A DNA stretch of 64,000 nucleotides from Octopus vulgaris (GCA_951406725.2 OX597839.1:992001-1056000); one strand, 5' to 3'. Counted from the first letter of the stretch, positions 45,109-60,360 are shown. A program made the numbers and translations. Notes: generated from the sequence alone by a model not told the origin.

Positions 45109-45774
45109 TTATTGCTTATTTAGCTTGGGTTCGAATTTATCAATAAAATTCTTTTCTCTGATTTTCCTCTCGATTTCACTTGGGCTGTGTAATTTGTAGA
45201 ATGGAAATATTATATATATTTTCCGACCACATGTTGCTAGGTGGTTACTCAAAGGTATCTGACGGACCTCTGGGTCTCTAATCTGTTGCCGGTGTACACG
45301 TGAGCGTTCTAATAGTGCGTTTCCCGTCTGACCTACATATATTTCTTCACAATTTGGGCATTTGATGCAGTAAATTAAATTTCTGCTTTTGCAGTTCATA
45401 TTCGCGTTTGTGAATATTTTCCCGGTTTTTGTGTTTATATATTGACCGGTATGTATGAATTGGCATGTGCCACATCGGCTATCATTGCATTTAGATACCG
45501 TGAATGTTTGGTCTTTGTTGCTGAGGTCAAATTTTGCCTTTGTTAGTAATGTTTTCAAGTTTTTAGGCTGTCTTTTACTAAGCACCATAGCTCGATCCTT
45601 GATTATGTCTTTTAATTCATTACTTTGGGCAATGATTGGTAGGTTTGCTTTGGCAATGTTGAAGATATTCTGGTGACATGGGTTGTGTGTCACTATGAAT
45701 GGTATGACTTGTTCTTGTTTTCCTCTTCCTTGGGTTGTCCTAAGTTGTTGTATAGGTATTTTTATAGCCCGCTG
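45109..45774 (-). CDS. PLE ORF C-terminus: Cys-rich linker and GIY-YIG endonuclease (open frame, 5'-truncated)
   Basis: IPFIVTHNP; [10 protein letters not shown]; CNDSRCGTC; [27 protein letters not shown]; RE..FI.KF.P.LN. Confidence 0.92.
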   Translation of the reverse strand, partial: QRAIKIPIQQLRTTQGRGKQEQVIPFIVTHNPCHQNIFNIAKANLPIIAQSNELKDIIKDRAMVLSKRQPKNLKTLLTKAKFDLSNKDQTFTVSKCNDSRCGTCQFIHTGQYINTKTGKIFTNANMNCKSRNLIYCIKCPNCEEIYVGQTGNALLERSRVHRQQIRDPEVRQIPLSNHLATCGRKIYIIFPFYKLHSPSEIERKIREKNFIDKFEPKLNKQ

Positions 45775-45808
45775 TATATATGTATATATATATATATATA
45801 TATGTATG

Positions 45809-45933
<125 letters not shown>

Positions 45934-47154
45934 GTCCTTGGACGAAACTTGTATGCACATTTTGCTTTGACGGTTAATGGTGGCCAAACCGAAGCTAAGA
46001 TCGAGCTGAAAATTGGCAGGGATGCTAAATGCGTGGTGAGGATGAGACCCGCGGTGGTTAAAATTCGCAAGCTATAAAGATGTGGTTGCTATGGCAAAAA
46101 GTGTTTTTTATCGCTCCAGATTTGTGCGATCGCCTTTTAATGCCCAGCGGCATGCACTACAGGCTGTTGTGCTTAATAAACATACATTTTGTCGCGAAAT
46201 TCGCCTACTAGGAAACGATTTTTCATTGTGAAAAAACGAGTGCTTTTTGCCAGCATTTTCTTTTTAAACTTTTTATAAAAGTGAAATGATTTCGTCTATT
46301 TATTTCTCTTGTCCACTTACGACGGTGATTCAGTTGACTATGAAAACTATACGTGATGAATATCCAATACCAAGGCAAGCTTACCTTTACCTATTCTGAG
46401 TTACTTGAAAAGTGATATTCCCTTCCCCCTCTTCTGATTGTTGATTCCTTTTTTTTACCTTTGATACCGTTGCTTCACTTTAAGGATGCTTCTTTACCCA
46501 TCCACTATGATATTTCGACTGCTATCCATTGTTTCAAATAGGTTTTAGCATTGTCATTCTAGCCATTTCTAAACACTCACATATGATTCGTCCCAAAGAA
46601 TCAACCACTAGTGAAAGCTATACGTATCTTTCAGGAAGCTCCAAACAGCATTCACTGTTAGTTTGTGTGCACACTATGTGGGAAGATAGAATAAAGTGGC
46701 TTTTGTTAGCTCTGCTCACCGAAAAAAATAGCTCCATATGCTGCTGAAAAAAACAAACTCGCAGAGGGGAAGTTTCAACATCTTCCTTCAAATTCCTTAC
46801 ACCATTCATGTGGCTGACGAGAAATTTCGCTTTCATGTAAAACAACTATATTTTCTAGTCATTATCCGTAATCTACTCCCAGAACACTTCAGTAGCTCTA
46901 GTTTACATCACTTGCAAACTTATATGTTCTATGATAACCACAGTGCAACGACCTACACAATAACCAGACTTCAATTTGATTTTCCGTTCCTAGGTTAATC
47001 GGAAACAGATTACCATCCTACACATAAACCTTCTCGGTAGTTCAATTATTTGGTGAAAAAAATACCACGAAAGCAACTTAAACCGTCCAAAGGACGGGTG
47101 CGTTTGCTAGTATATATATACATATTATTACTATTATTATTATTACTATTATTA

Positions 47155-47287
<133 letters not shown>

Positions 47288-47689
47288 TATTATATGACTG
47301 AACGCCACGCAGTAAGTTTGTCTTAAGTAAGATTATCTAAATACTTTTGATGCTTTAAAGTTCTGATCACTCCCAAAAAGTTCGTAATCACCATTAGACT
47401 CCTCCAATTCTTTGCAAATCGTCTGCATTGTCCTCGGATTGACAGCCATATACTACGAAATGTTCGTATTGGATCTTCTGGCGTGAATGCCAAGCAGTAC
47501 AGCATGTCGTTTCTTAATTACTGAGTGAATGAGTTATGTCATGGTGCTGTGTCTCTCACAACAGAACCTGCTATACTGTCTAGTCCACAAAAAACAAAAG
47601 CAATCAATACGCATGCGCCAAACTAAAAATATAAATGGCGACAATTTACCCATCGCAGACAGTATGTATTTGTTTGTGTTTGTGTGTAC

Positions 47690-47742
<53 letters not shown>

Positions 47743-47747
47743 CATAC

Positions 47748-47831
<84 letters not shown>

Positions 47832-47950
47832 ACAATCAAGGAACGGCCATAATAGGCCATTCACCCACTAGAAATAACAGCCAAAGCTTCAACCGCAAAT
47901 AAAGATTAATTCCGTAAACAGGAGAAAATTTAAAAAACATTTACCCTGTA

Positions 47951-48057
47951 ATTTCTTGTACGATGCACCGTTTCATCTGCTGTTTAATGGTAAACTAACC
48001 TGATTAAATTAAATCAAGCCAATCTTCCATAGGCCCTCAGATTCTTCAGCAAGAAAT
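47951..48057 (-). ncRNA. Type I hammerhead ribozyme
   Basis: Reverse complement of the 49238-49344 motif. Confidence 0.85.
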
Positions 48058-48441
48058 AGCCAAGTCGGAACAGATATTTTCACGAGGCATTTCCGACCCT
48101 GCCAAGGCAATATCTGACCTAAAATTTTCAAATCGTCGCACTCGCGCCAAATTTATCGGCAGCAAATAAATATAAGCCGTCGATTCCATTACGGAATTAA
48201 CCAGAAAATTCATAATTAATCAATATAGGGTGGCAAAAAAAATTTTGTAGAATTCTTTTTGCCACCAGCGGCCTAGTGGGAAAAAATTAAATAGTCATAG
48301 ACCATTTTTAAGTTCAACATCAACAATCAAGGAACGGCCATAATAGGCCATTCACCCACTAGAAATAACAGCCAAAGCTTCAACCGCAAATAAAGATTAA
48401 TTCCGTAAACAGGAGAAAATTTAAAAAACATTTACCCTGTA

Positions 48442-48548
48442 ATTTCTTGTACGATGCACCGTTTCATCTGCTGTTTAATGGTAAACTAACCTGATTAAAT
48501 TACATCAAGCCAATCTTCCATAGGCCCTCAGATTCTTCAGCAAGAAAT
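48442..48548 (-). ncRNA. Type I hammerhead ribozyme
   Basis: Second tandem copy, 491 bp from the first. Confidence 0.85.
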
Positions 48549-49237
48549 AGCCAAGTCGGAACAGATATTTTCACGAGGCATTTCCGACCCTGCCAAGGCA
48601 ATATCTGACCTAAAATCTTCAAATCGTCGCACTCGCGCCAAATTTATCGGCAGCAAATAAATATAAGCCGTCGATTCCATTACGGAATTAACCAGAAAAT
48701 TCATAATTAATCAATATAGGGTGGCAAAAAAAATTTTGTAGAATTCTTTTTGCCACCAGCGGCCTGAGGGCCTATGGAAGATTGGCTTGATTTAATTTAA
48801 TCAGGTTAGTTTACCATTAAACAGCAGATGAAACGGTGCATCGTACAAGAAATTACAGGGTAAATGTGTTTTAAATTTTCTCCTGTTTACGGAATTAATC
48901 TTTATTTGCGGTTGAAGCTTTGGCTGTTATTTCTAGTGGGTGAATGGCCTATTATGGCCGTTCCTTGATTGTTGATGTTGAACTTAAAAATGGTCTATGA
49001 CTATTTAATTTTTTCCCACTAGGCCGCTGGTGGCAAAAAGAATTCTACAAAATTTTTTTTGCCACCCTATATTGATTAATTATGAATTTTCTGGTTAATT
49101 CCGTAATGGAATCGACGGCTTATATTTATTTGCTGCCGATAAATTTGGCGCGAGTGCGACGATTTGAACATTTTAGGTCAGATATTGCCTTGGCAGGGTC
49201 GGAAATGCCTCGTGAAAATATCTGTTCCGACTTGGCT

Positions 49238-49344
49238 ATTTCTTGCTGAAGAATCTGAGGGCCTATGGAAGATTGGCTTGATTTAATTTAATCAGGTTAG
49301 TTTACCATTAAACAGCAGATGAAACGGTGCATCGTACAAGAAAT
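49238..49344 (+). ncRNA. Type I hammerhead ribozyme with a long stem II extension
   Basis: ATTTCTTG-CTGAAGA-ATCTG...CAGAT-GAAA-CGGtgcaTCG-TA-CAAGAAAT; 8 bp stem I, intact core, GUA triplet. Confidence 0.88.
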
Positions 49345-50613
49345 TACAGGGTAAATGTTTTTTAAATTTTCTCCTGTTTACGGAATTAATCTTTATTTGC
49401 GGTTGAAGCTTTGGCTGTTATTTCTAGTGGGTGAATGGCCTATTATGGCCGTTCCTTGATTGTTGATGTTGAACTTAAAAATGGTCTATGACTATTTAAT
49501 TTTTTCCCACTAGGCCGCTAGTGGCAAAAAGAATTCTACAAAATTTTTTTGCCACCCTATATTGATTAAATATATATATATATATATATTTATATATATG
49601 TGTATCTATGTATGTATGTATGTATGTATGTATATGTAATGCATATTCCACTTTCCACTAGGAACGTAGCAGAGAACATTATAGAGCTCGCTCACCGTCA
49701 GAGTTACCGAAGAGTCGGTAGCATTACCATATACTTCCATTCGTCGTGTGTGAAAATAGAAATATATACGATATAGTGATCAAGAAGGAGCACGGTTTGA
49801 TAGTTATTTTTTTAATCACTACACAGGAGTCGCTGTGTGTTAAGTACCTTGTTTACCAACAACATGGTTCCGGGTTCAGTCCCACTGCGTGGCACCTTGG
49901 GCAAGTGTATTCTACTATAACCTCGAGCCGACCAAACCCCTGTGAGTGGATTTGGTAGACGGAAACCAAAAGAAGCCCGTTGTATATATGTATATATATG
50001 CGTGTGTGTGTTTGTGTGTCTGTGTTTGTCGCCCTAGCATTGCTTGACAATCGATGCTGGTGTGTTTATGTCCCCGTCAAATAGCGGTTCGGCAAAAAGA
50101 GACCGATAGAATAAATACTGGGCTTACAAAAGTATAAGTCCTGGGGTCGAGTGGCTTGATTACAGGCGGTGCTCCAGCATGGCCGCAGTCAAGTGACTGA
50201 AACAAGTAAAAGAGGAAAGAGTACACGTTTCCATATGGTATAGTTCTTCATATATACAGGTATTTGATTATGCAACCGTTTAATTGCAAAAGGGGATCCA
50301 GTTGTATTTCTTCAGGTGATGCTCAATTGCAGTCGCCGTTTTTATTTAAACTAACGGACACAGCAGTTGAATATCTCCGGAGAAAATACAACGATCCTAT
50401 CATACAAGTAAACGGCTGCATAATCTAATACCTGTATATATGAAGGACAATGCCGTATAGAAACATTTGAAGTGATTGAAAATAACATTATATATATATG
50501 TATATATATATACATATATATAAGGATATTGCACTATACCTACTTATAACTGATTTTGTTGTATCTGTGTACATGCGTATATGCATATATGTTTATATAT
50601 ATATATATGTCTG

Positions 50614-50680
<67 letters not shown>

Positions 50681-51076
50681 GAGTGTGTATATGTATATTT
50701 ATATATACATAAGTTAGCACTCTGAACTCTTTAGACCCTCATCTAAACTCTCTGACGAAGCCTAGAGGCACACCCAAGTACCCTACGTTTATCTAACAAT
50801 AACTACATTACACTGAGAAGATGGAACTAACATGTGGAGTACTGTGACATCTTGGCAGAACCAGCTGTTCTTATTCCTCTATTGAAGTAATTACTAGTAC
50901 TTTATATATGTAAAACACAATCGTTACACATGTATATATATTCTCATAATTGTTTAAAATAAATAAATAGACATAATATAATGGCTAACATGGCTAACAG
51001 TTGATGCATACTACTTGTGTATCCCCTCCATTTTTTTTCTTGCTGTATATATATATATATATATATATATACAAGC

Positions 51077-51166
<90 letters not shown>

Positions 51167-51878
51167 GTATTTGACGTATTTAAGCGTGGCCGACACAAAA
51201 TCTCCAGCAAAACCACACCCAGGAGAATAATAACCAGCAAAATGCAATAACATTTTCTCAACAACTCCTTCACTGTTCGATCTTCTCTTACTACCACTCT
51301 TCCTCGTTCCTAAGAAACACATATAAGTCGATATGCGAAGAGAGGTAAACACATTCTGACACAACGTTTAGAGACAGTCATTACTGTATCTGAGCCAAAG
51401 TTCTGAGCCAAAGTTCCGTCCTGAAGAGAACCAACGTTTCCACTCAACAAATCACTTGTCTCGCATTAAGGTAACTTATTTATTCCTTTATTTCTCCTCA
51501 TATCTCTTTTGCTTTTAGATCACGTTTGATATGTTTTAATTTCTAAAAGAAAGAAAAGAAGTATCAGGACCCGAAACTTCCTGATAGGCTCAGCACAAAG
51601 GAAGTAAATGTTTGACAGGCCCGTTTTATTTAAGGGTCAGACTCGACAGTGAAAAGGTGATTGAAAATTAACTTTATCTCTTTAAGAAGTCATTCATTGC
51701 ATGGTATTTCGAAAGAAATTATCTGATTTTACAGCGTATAGCTTTACAGGTCACAGAAATTGCAAGAATGGTATGGCAGCTGTAATATGGGTAAGATGAG
51801 CAAATTGGTTTAATTCTCTCCCTCCCTCCCTGTCTCTCTCTCTCTCACACTCTCTATCTACCTACCTATCTATCTATC

Positions 51879-51909
<31 letters not shown>

Positions 51910-52871
51910 CTATCTACCTATCTATCTATCTATCTATCTATCTCTTCAAAGTAGTGATTCAGGAGCATCCAACGATGCAAATGTGTCTCTTCCTCTTATA
52001 AATAGATTCGTGTATAAACACACACGCGCAAATACACACGCACACGCACACACACACACACACACACACATTCACACACACACACACACACACACTCGCA
52101 CACATGCCTCAGAAACCATCAATCAAGTATTTTCCTAGTTTCGGACTATTATTGAAGATAATCAATATGAATCTATGTAATCACCATAGACCATGAACCC
52201 CAAAATACGTTCAACTTTGCGAGAGTGAAGGACAACAAAAAATAACGATACCCTAAAATATAAACAAATTATAAGCATATATATACATCTATCATCAACT
52301 GCCTAAGTAATATCACTATGGTTTCGATACCAAGACAGTATCAAGCTATCAGAAGTTGTCAACAGCGTTAAAAACTTTAAACACTTCCTGTGAATCAAAC
52401 ACCAACATCGAATATAAACGAAATCGTTTTAACATATAGCTAAAGAAAGGTAGAAATTAAAAGTCGGTATGTTTAAAAAAATTTTTAAAAAAACTTCCAA
52501 ATAAGGATATTGCTATCTTGAAAACTGTAGGGTAAAATAGAAACAGTGAACAAACCATATTGAACAAAATTTCAATAACATAGAAAATAACAACTCCAGG
52601 AATAACAAACCTATTACTTCAAACTTAGTACCAAATAGAGACTGATGAATATGCTGTTCATCGTTCTGTAATATATTGGTTTCGGGGGTGGGTGATGGTC
52701 AGTTACATCGACCCCAGTGCTAAACTGGTACTTACTTTTTCGACCCAGAAAGGATGAAAGACAAAATTAATTCTTCTTCTTCTTCTTCTTCTTCTTCTTC
52801 TTCTTCTTCTTCTTCTTCTTCTTCTTCTTCTTCTTCTTCTTCTTCTTCTTCTTCTTCTTCTTCTTCTTCTT

Positions 52872-53245
52872 TCCCAAACCAACGCGTGTAAAATTACTAA
52901 TAGAGAAACGAAAATAAACTTTGGAAACAGTAACGCCATCATAGGTTACGTGAAAACCATGAACGTATTTTTGAAGGGAGAAAGTAAAAGAACGTAATAT
53001 TGTAATACTTCATGTAAAATAAATAGAACAAATGAAAAATTCTTCAAGAACCCATAAAAATACCCGGATCACTACCAAAATTCCATCATCTATTCCTTCT
53101 GTCATTATCAACTTTTCTTATGAATTTCATCAAATACCGGTCAAAACTTTTTCAGTTATTTTGCATACAGAGGGGCAGATGGAGGGAAAGACGGACAAAC
53201 CAACGCCGATGAAAACATAACCTCCTTCCTTGGCAGAGGTGATAA
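52872..53245 (-). mobile_element. Deleted remnant of the Helentron-like element
   Basis: Mirror of 5373-5734 joined to 6676-6691 through GCGT. Confidence 0.75.
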
Positions 53246-53528
53246 ATCATTTAAAATTTCATAAGTGGCCAGCACATAAAAGTAGACCAATTAAGGTAAA
53301 ATCATATATATAATTATAATCAAGGGCATAGAAAAATCTTTCCTATATACCGGAAAGAGAGGCTAAATCTTCTAACCACTTTAAGTCATCATTTCAACAT
53401 GTGTGTAATCTTGTGATGAATTAAAATGGTTAGACGTTTGGGTTTGTATATATGTATGTATCTATGATCTACATATATACACTTTGTTATTATGAATTTG
53501 ATACAATAGATCGCTGTTCTTGTTTCAG

Positions 53529-53684
53529 GTTAATTTGCAGGTAAAACGAGTTTCAATGTCTTGTTGTTGTTCCGATTCTACTAATGGGATAAATGTAGGG
53601 GATATGGTAAAAATAAGTGTTGCTGAGGAAACATTGAGGTGCAACAAAAACAGTCATGTAGTTTGGGATCCCCGTTTATCACGT
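53529..53684 (+). CDS. MIB REP-like exon, right-arm paralog
   Basis: ttgtttcag acceptor; ATG at 53556; MSCCCSDSTNGINVGDMVKISVAEETLRCNKNSHVVWDPRLSR; donor GTATGT at 53685. Confidence 0.6.
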
Positions 53685-54020
53685 GTATGTGCTATTTTCT
53701 CACTTGCTTCATCTCTATTTATCAAATACTCGGCAAGCATTCTCATTTTACTCCTCTGTACTAATTAGTTCTCTGTCACCATTTCTTTCTTTTCACATAC
53801 AGTCTGTTGACGTTTGATTTAGGGTGTAGATCCCCCTGCAGCGTCATCAGCTTTCTCGTCCTTCTATCCAGGGAGGATATTTCCTCCACCGCATCTGCCC
53901 AGCTTTTTATTGCTGTAATCAACGTTTTGGCATTCGGGTTGTATTTCAACACCATCTTCACCCTTTTTCAATACGCCTCGTTGACCTTGACTTATTATTA
54001 TTATAATAATAATAATAATA

Positions 54021-54753
<733 letters not shown>

Positions 54754-54776
54754 TTATTATTATTATTATTATTATT

Positions 54777-54877
54777 CTATGTTTGACTTTTGCTTTATGT
54801 CTGTACAAGTTGGCTCCAAGTCTCACCCAGAGACCTCAAGAGACAACAGGTTAGAAGTTCTGTGCCATATATTTGGG

Positions 54878-54913
<36 letters not shown>

Positions 54914-55872
54914 TATGTTTGACTTTTGCTATATATTTGTACAAGTTGGCTCCAAGTCTCACCCAGAGACCTCAAGAGACAACAGGGTTGGAAGTTCATG
55001 TTGTTGTTATGCCTAGTGTGCCATATATTTGGGGGGTGGGGGTGTTGTACTAATGAATGTCTAAAAAAAGGTGGGGTGTTTTTGTTTTTTTTTAAACCGA
55101 AAATTATGTTTGTTTTAAACCTTGGGATTACATAGAAAGTATTTTGCGTAGGATATGAGTAGTTCCCATGAGCACTATCTTTTGAATTTCTGTCATTTTT
55201 GGGTTTCCTGGTATCTGAGTTAGGTAACTATCAGCCCATTTTGCTATCATTCCCAGGGCACCTATGACAACAGGTATTGTTTTAGTCTTCAGCTTCCACA
55301 TTTTGCTGATTTCTATTTCAAGATCTTTATATTTGCTCAGTTTTTGGTAGGTCTTGACAGATACGTTTATATCAATTGGGACAGTCAAATAAATGAGGAG
55401 GCATGTTCTTTGTTTGAAGTCTTTCAATATGATGTCTGGCTTATTTGCATCTATCTTTCTGTCAGTTTGAATGGTGAAGTTCCAGAGGAGTGAGATGTGG
55501 TCATTTTCAAGCACTGGGGGTGGTTTGTGTTCCCACCAGTTTTTTTCATGGGGCAAATCCAGGTTTTTACAGATTACCCAGTGAATATATTGTGCAGCTC
55601 TATCGTGCCTGTTGAGATACTCTGTAGGCGCTAGAAGACTGCATTTGGAGACAACATGGTCAATGGTTTCATTTTGTTGCTTGCATACACGACACGTTGG
55701 ACTGCTTCTGATCTTTAATATGTTGGCCTGGTAGTTTCTTGTTGGTCGGCATTGATCTTGAGCTGCTATGATAAACCCCTCTGTTTCAGATTTTAAGCCG
55801 GAGGCCATTAGCCATTGATGGGTCAGGGCTTTGTCAACATCTGCATTATTTGCTCTCTTTGGGTATTTGCCA

Positions 55873-55873
<1 letters not shown>
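54777..55873 (-). mobile_element. R4/Dong-type LINE 3' part with a duplicated 3' UTR
   Basis: ORF 55128-55808: ETEGFIIAAQDQ, CRVC..ETIDHVV, RHD, KPDIIL, KLSKYKDL; 3' UTR repeated at 54777 and 54913. Confidence 0.93.
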
Positions 55874-55912
<39 letters not shown>

Positions 55913-55939
55913 ATTATTATTATTATTATTATTAGTATT

Positions 55940-56008
<69 letters not shown>

Positions 56009-56038
56009 ATTATTCTTTTATTATTATTATTATTAATA

Positions 56039-56070
<32 letters not shown>

Positions 56071-56090
56071 GTTATTAATATTATTATTAT

Positions 56091-56121
<31 letters not shown>

Positions 56122-56159
56122 ATTATTATTATTATTATTATTATTATTATCATTATTAA

Positions 56160-56199
<40 letters not shown>

Positions 56200-56879
56200 A
56201 TTATTACTATTATTATTATTATTATTATTCCCGGGATTGTGAGTGATAACAAACAGGGTATTTTTATGTTCATTTTCCCGTTTATCATTAGTGTGAGTGT
56301 TTTTTCTACTTAGTGTAAGGGTGTAAATGCAAGGAAGAGTTTAAACACAGAGCTGAAGAGAAGAGGAAAGAAAACCTACTTGAAATGAGGATATACATAC
56401 ATACATACATACATACATACATACATACATCATACATACATACATACATATATATATATATGTTTACTCCAAACAAGAAAGAACAAAAAGACACAACAAC
56501 GCGAGGACGTGTAACAAATATATTATTATTGGACGCTCAGGAAAGAAGGAGGGTTTAACGTTTCGAGCGGAGCTCTTCGTCGGAAACATAGGAGAATGAA
56601 AGATCCAGAGAAGGGAAGACAGAGGAAAAAAAATCGCCAGCGGTACACACGAAGTCATGTATGTATATATATATATAGACACACAAGTTAAACGCCTAGG
56701 ATACAAATAGTCTGGGTCATGTGAAAGTCTCCTTTGTTGACGATTAGATTATTGCTTCCTTTGTACCAAATAGATTTGGAGTGTTTCTTCCGATGGAAAT
56801 TTCTTGGGAGATATTTCAGACAATGGTCACTGTTGGATAATACATTGATACATTGAACTTCCTGTGGGTGTAGGTGCTT

Positions 56880-56981
<102 letters not shown>

Positions 56982-57692
56982 TACATATATACATATATAT
57001 ACATATACGTGCATGTGTGTATACATATATAGGTATGTATGTATGTATATATGTATTATGCGTGTGTGTATATGTGTTTGTGAAGGCGCGTGGCTTAGTG
57101 GATACGCTATTAGACTCGTTGGGTAACGAGTTCGATTTCCGGCGGCACGCTTTGTCCATGAACAACACACTTTATTTCACGATAATCCAGTCCACTCAGC
57201 TGACGAAAATGAGTTGTACCTGTGTTTCAAGGGGCCAACCTTGTCACACACGGTCTCACTGAATCTCCCTGAGAAGTATGTGAAGGGGTACGCGTGTATG
57301 TGGAGTGCCCAGCAACTCGCGCGTTAATCTCACGAGCAAGTTGTTTCGTTGATCGGATCAATAGGAATACTTGTCGTCGTAAGCGGCGGAATGCTGGTGC
57401 AGTGTGTGCACTAGTTATAGGTGCATTGGGAACTATTCCAAAAGATTTGAACAGACGGATACAGGAAATAAGAATAAAACCCAGTTTAGCACAGCTCCAG
57501 AAAACAGTGTTATTAGGGACAGCTAGAATACTTAGGAGGGTTCTTGGCATCTAAGGTAACTTGTCGTAGCCCAATGTTAAGTCTTTTTCTTTTCCAACAG
57601 TCTAATCTGTTGCGTATATATGAAAATTAATAATGATGATGATGATGATAATAATAATAATAATAATGATGATGATGATGATGATGATGATG

Positions 57693-57724
<32 letters not shown>

Positions 57725-57799
57725 TATGATAATAATGGTGATGATGATGATGATGATGATGATTTCTTTATGGCCACAAGGGCTGAACTCAAAAGAAAT

Positions 57800-59980
57800 A
57801 GGGACAATACAATGAAAGGGACAACAAAATTTCTATCGGCAAAATCTCCAGTAGGGAAGAGTTTCACCCAAGACCAAACAAGCACACCCCCCCGCATATC
57901 CTGATCACCCCGACCGTCAAGAGCACCTCAAGAAGGCAGCCCTCTTCCTCTCAACTACCCTGTCCTACAAGCGTATGTTCAGAGAAGGCCGTTTCACACG
58001 GGACATTTCCGCCACATTCACCCATCTTTCAACGAAAATACTGGGTAAGGGCAGAACTTCCCACTCTACCTTCACTCTCCTTTTCGAGTGGAACCTGAAA
58101 AAGTCGATGAGAGGATAGTCGAAGTGGAAAGTATCTGTCTTCAATCCTTTCAGCTTCGTCTATATACTACCTTCTTCGTCATAGCCATCAGACTGAGGAA
58201 AACTGTTTTTCTTTTCTGGCCAAAGGAAGGCGGCGGAGCTATATTCACGATGGACTCAGTTGATAACTGGATCCGTACTCTATACAACAACAGCTGCTCG
58301 ATAAAGCTCCAGAAGTCAGTAATGCACGGATATTAGACGAGTGGATGTAGGATAGCTTCGTTGTCCTGTGCATACCTCGGATAGGTCACTCTGACAACAC
58401 TTCCGTATCTGTAGAGCTTTTCGCAAACGGCAGAACTCTCTGGTAGCACTGCCAAGTTAGGGATTTCTGAAAGTTATCCATAGACCCTGAGTCTTCCGCA
58501 AAATATCAGTTAATTGATCCCACCTAGTGCCCAGAGTTTCTCCGAGGACGTCGTCACTCTTGCTTGCCAATAATCCCCTATAGAACTTCTTAGCGGAACT
58601 TTCACCGCTCGTAATGTCTGACTGGCAAAAAGCTGTGAGCGCTCACCAAAACTCCAGGTGCCAAGCGCCTTTTCTTGGTTTACGCTTGATTCAGGACTGT
58701 AGCTTCGTCAAAGAGACGAGCTGCGGAGCGTCCCGCTTGACAAATAATGATCACACCTGCTCACCGTTAATTTAACGCAGGAGATGTAGTCTCAACGCAT
58801 GTCTAAACATCAATAGCCACAGCATACCCAGTCTTTCACTCAGCAGCTATTGGCAGCTGATGGGCGATCTGACTGGTGGAACGCATTCCTCCTATAGAAA
58901 GTAGAAGACCAAGCGCTCCAGTGTCATCAGCCACGAAGTAGAGCGAGAGACGACAGTTAGACGGTAGTAGATGACGGATGCGATTTATACATTTGCTACT
59001 GCTGCCAGACCTTCAGGGATGACTTCCTCTCTGCCCATTTCTGGGTGAGACTAGCTACCCTGCTCATTACCTCCCTTCATTTCTTGTCCTCCAGGAGGTC
59101 CAGACTAAACAAGATCCAAGTAATTTAACAGCTGTCGGTCGGCATGGACCTGACTCTCCAGGTGCTGAGCAGCAGGCCCACCGACTTCTCTTGGTTAATC
59201 TTTGCTCCTGTTACAACTTTGCACTCCCTTAGGGCATTGATAACCACATCGGTTTCAGAGATGTCCGACAGTATTGCAGTGACTTAGAAACCGACACGAA
59301 ATACCGCAATACTGCATCCAAGATCATGCAAGACGTCTCTTGAAACATCCAGCTTCCGCAACAGTTGCTCGAGAGCCAGTACCTACAGAAGAGGCGAGAG
59401 TGGGCATCCTTGACGGACCGAACGAGCGATGCTAAACGATTCCGATAGGTGGCCATTTCCTTTGGTCACCGAGTAGATGTCGATGTACATTGCAGCGATC
59501 CAGCCTCTGAAAGCGAGTGCGAAACCTGCTTCTGCGAGAACAGCCTCCAGATATTGGTGGTCAACTGTATCAAAAGTTTTCGATTGATACAAATTGATCA
59601 GGGCCCCACCCATCTCAGGATATTTACCTAACCTCTCTATGATGTAGCGGGTGAAGTGTCAGTTGTCGTGGGAAAATCTGTTTGGGATAGTGAGTGTCTG
59701 CGCTTCAACAACCAGTTTATCGAAGACAAGCATCAACCACTTGGCTAAAATCTTATCTGCATTCAGCAAGGTTAAAGGCCTTATCGGGTCCTCTCTCAAT
59801 AGCATCCTCACTCCATGGTTCACAGCTCCGGAAATTCTTCCGTCCTACTTCCAGTTGTGCTAGACATCTGCTAAGAGATCACCGAACAAGTTTGACATAT
59901 GAAAATAAAGCTCGAAGGGTAGACCATCCAGCCCTGGAGTCATCTCTATTGCACAGCTAGTAATTTCCCAGCTAGTAATG
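57800..59980 (-). mobile_element. Degenerate L1/Tx1 ORF2 3' half
   Basis: ALINL.QSK.FD.VDH; SVRQGCPLSPLL; homologous to 17440-18625 and 28300-28950. Confidence 0.85.
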
Positions 59981-59984
59981 CCCT

Positions 59985-60360
59985 TTCGAATAAAGAAACG
60001 ATCGAATTTAAAAAGTCAATGAAGCTGAGCAACACACAACTAAGCATACCAAAGGAAAGAATTAATGAACACCGGATTCCATTTCTCAATATGCACAATC
60101 TTGGGGTAGCGAACATTTTTCACTCCATAAAAGCAAACTTACCAATACTTCTACAAAGCCTCAAATTTTAAAAAATCACTAAACGGCCATATCGAGAATA
60201 TCATGTTAAGAGCCTAAAGAGAATGCATCATTTTGTTGTTGGATTGCAATTTCAACGTTTACTAATCGGTACAATTGAAACGCGTTGGTCTTAAATGCGG
60301 TGTATGATTATCGAATTAAAGGTAATGATATTGCTACTTCAGAGTAATCCTTATATTTAT
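59985..60360 (+). mobile_element. Older Penelope-like fragment with a degenerate hammerhead at 60206-60294
   Basis: RIPFLNMHNLGVANIFHSIKANLPILLQS is homologous to [29 protein letters not shown]; TTAAGAGC-CTAAAGA...GAAA-CGCG-TT-GGTCTTAA. Confidence 0.7.

Larger units (their letters stand above)
44426..45774 (-). mobile_element. 5'-truncated Penelope-like element in (TA)n
   Basis: GIY-YIG ORF plus 3' pLTR with a minimal hammerhead; the paralogous TA tract at 13065-13150 is empty. Confidence 0.92.
47830..49569. mobile_element. Head-to-head array of a 491 bp hammerhead-bearing unit (~1.9 copies on -, ~1.6 copies on +) in (TA)n
   Basis: CAACAATCAAGGAACGG at 47830 and 48321; strand switch at ~48764; copies nearly identical. 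Confidence 0.92.
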
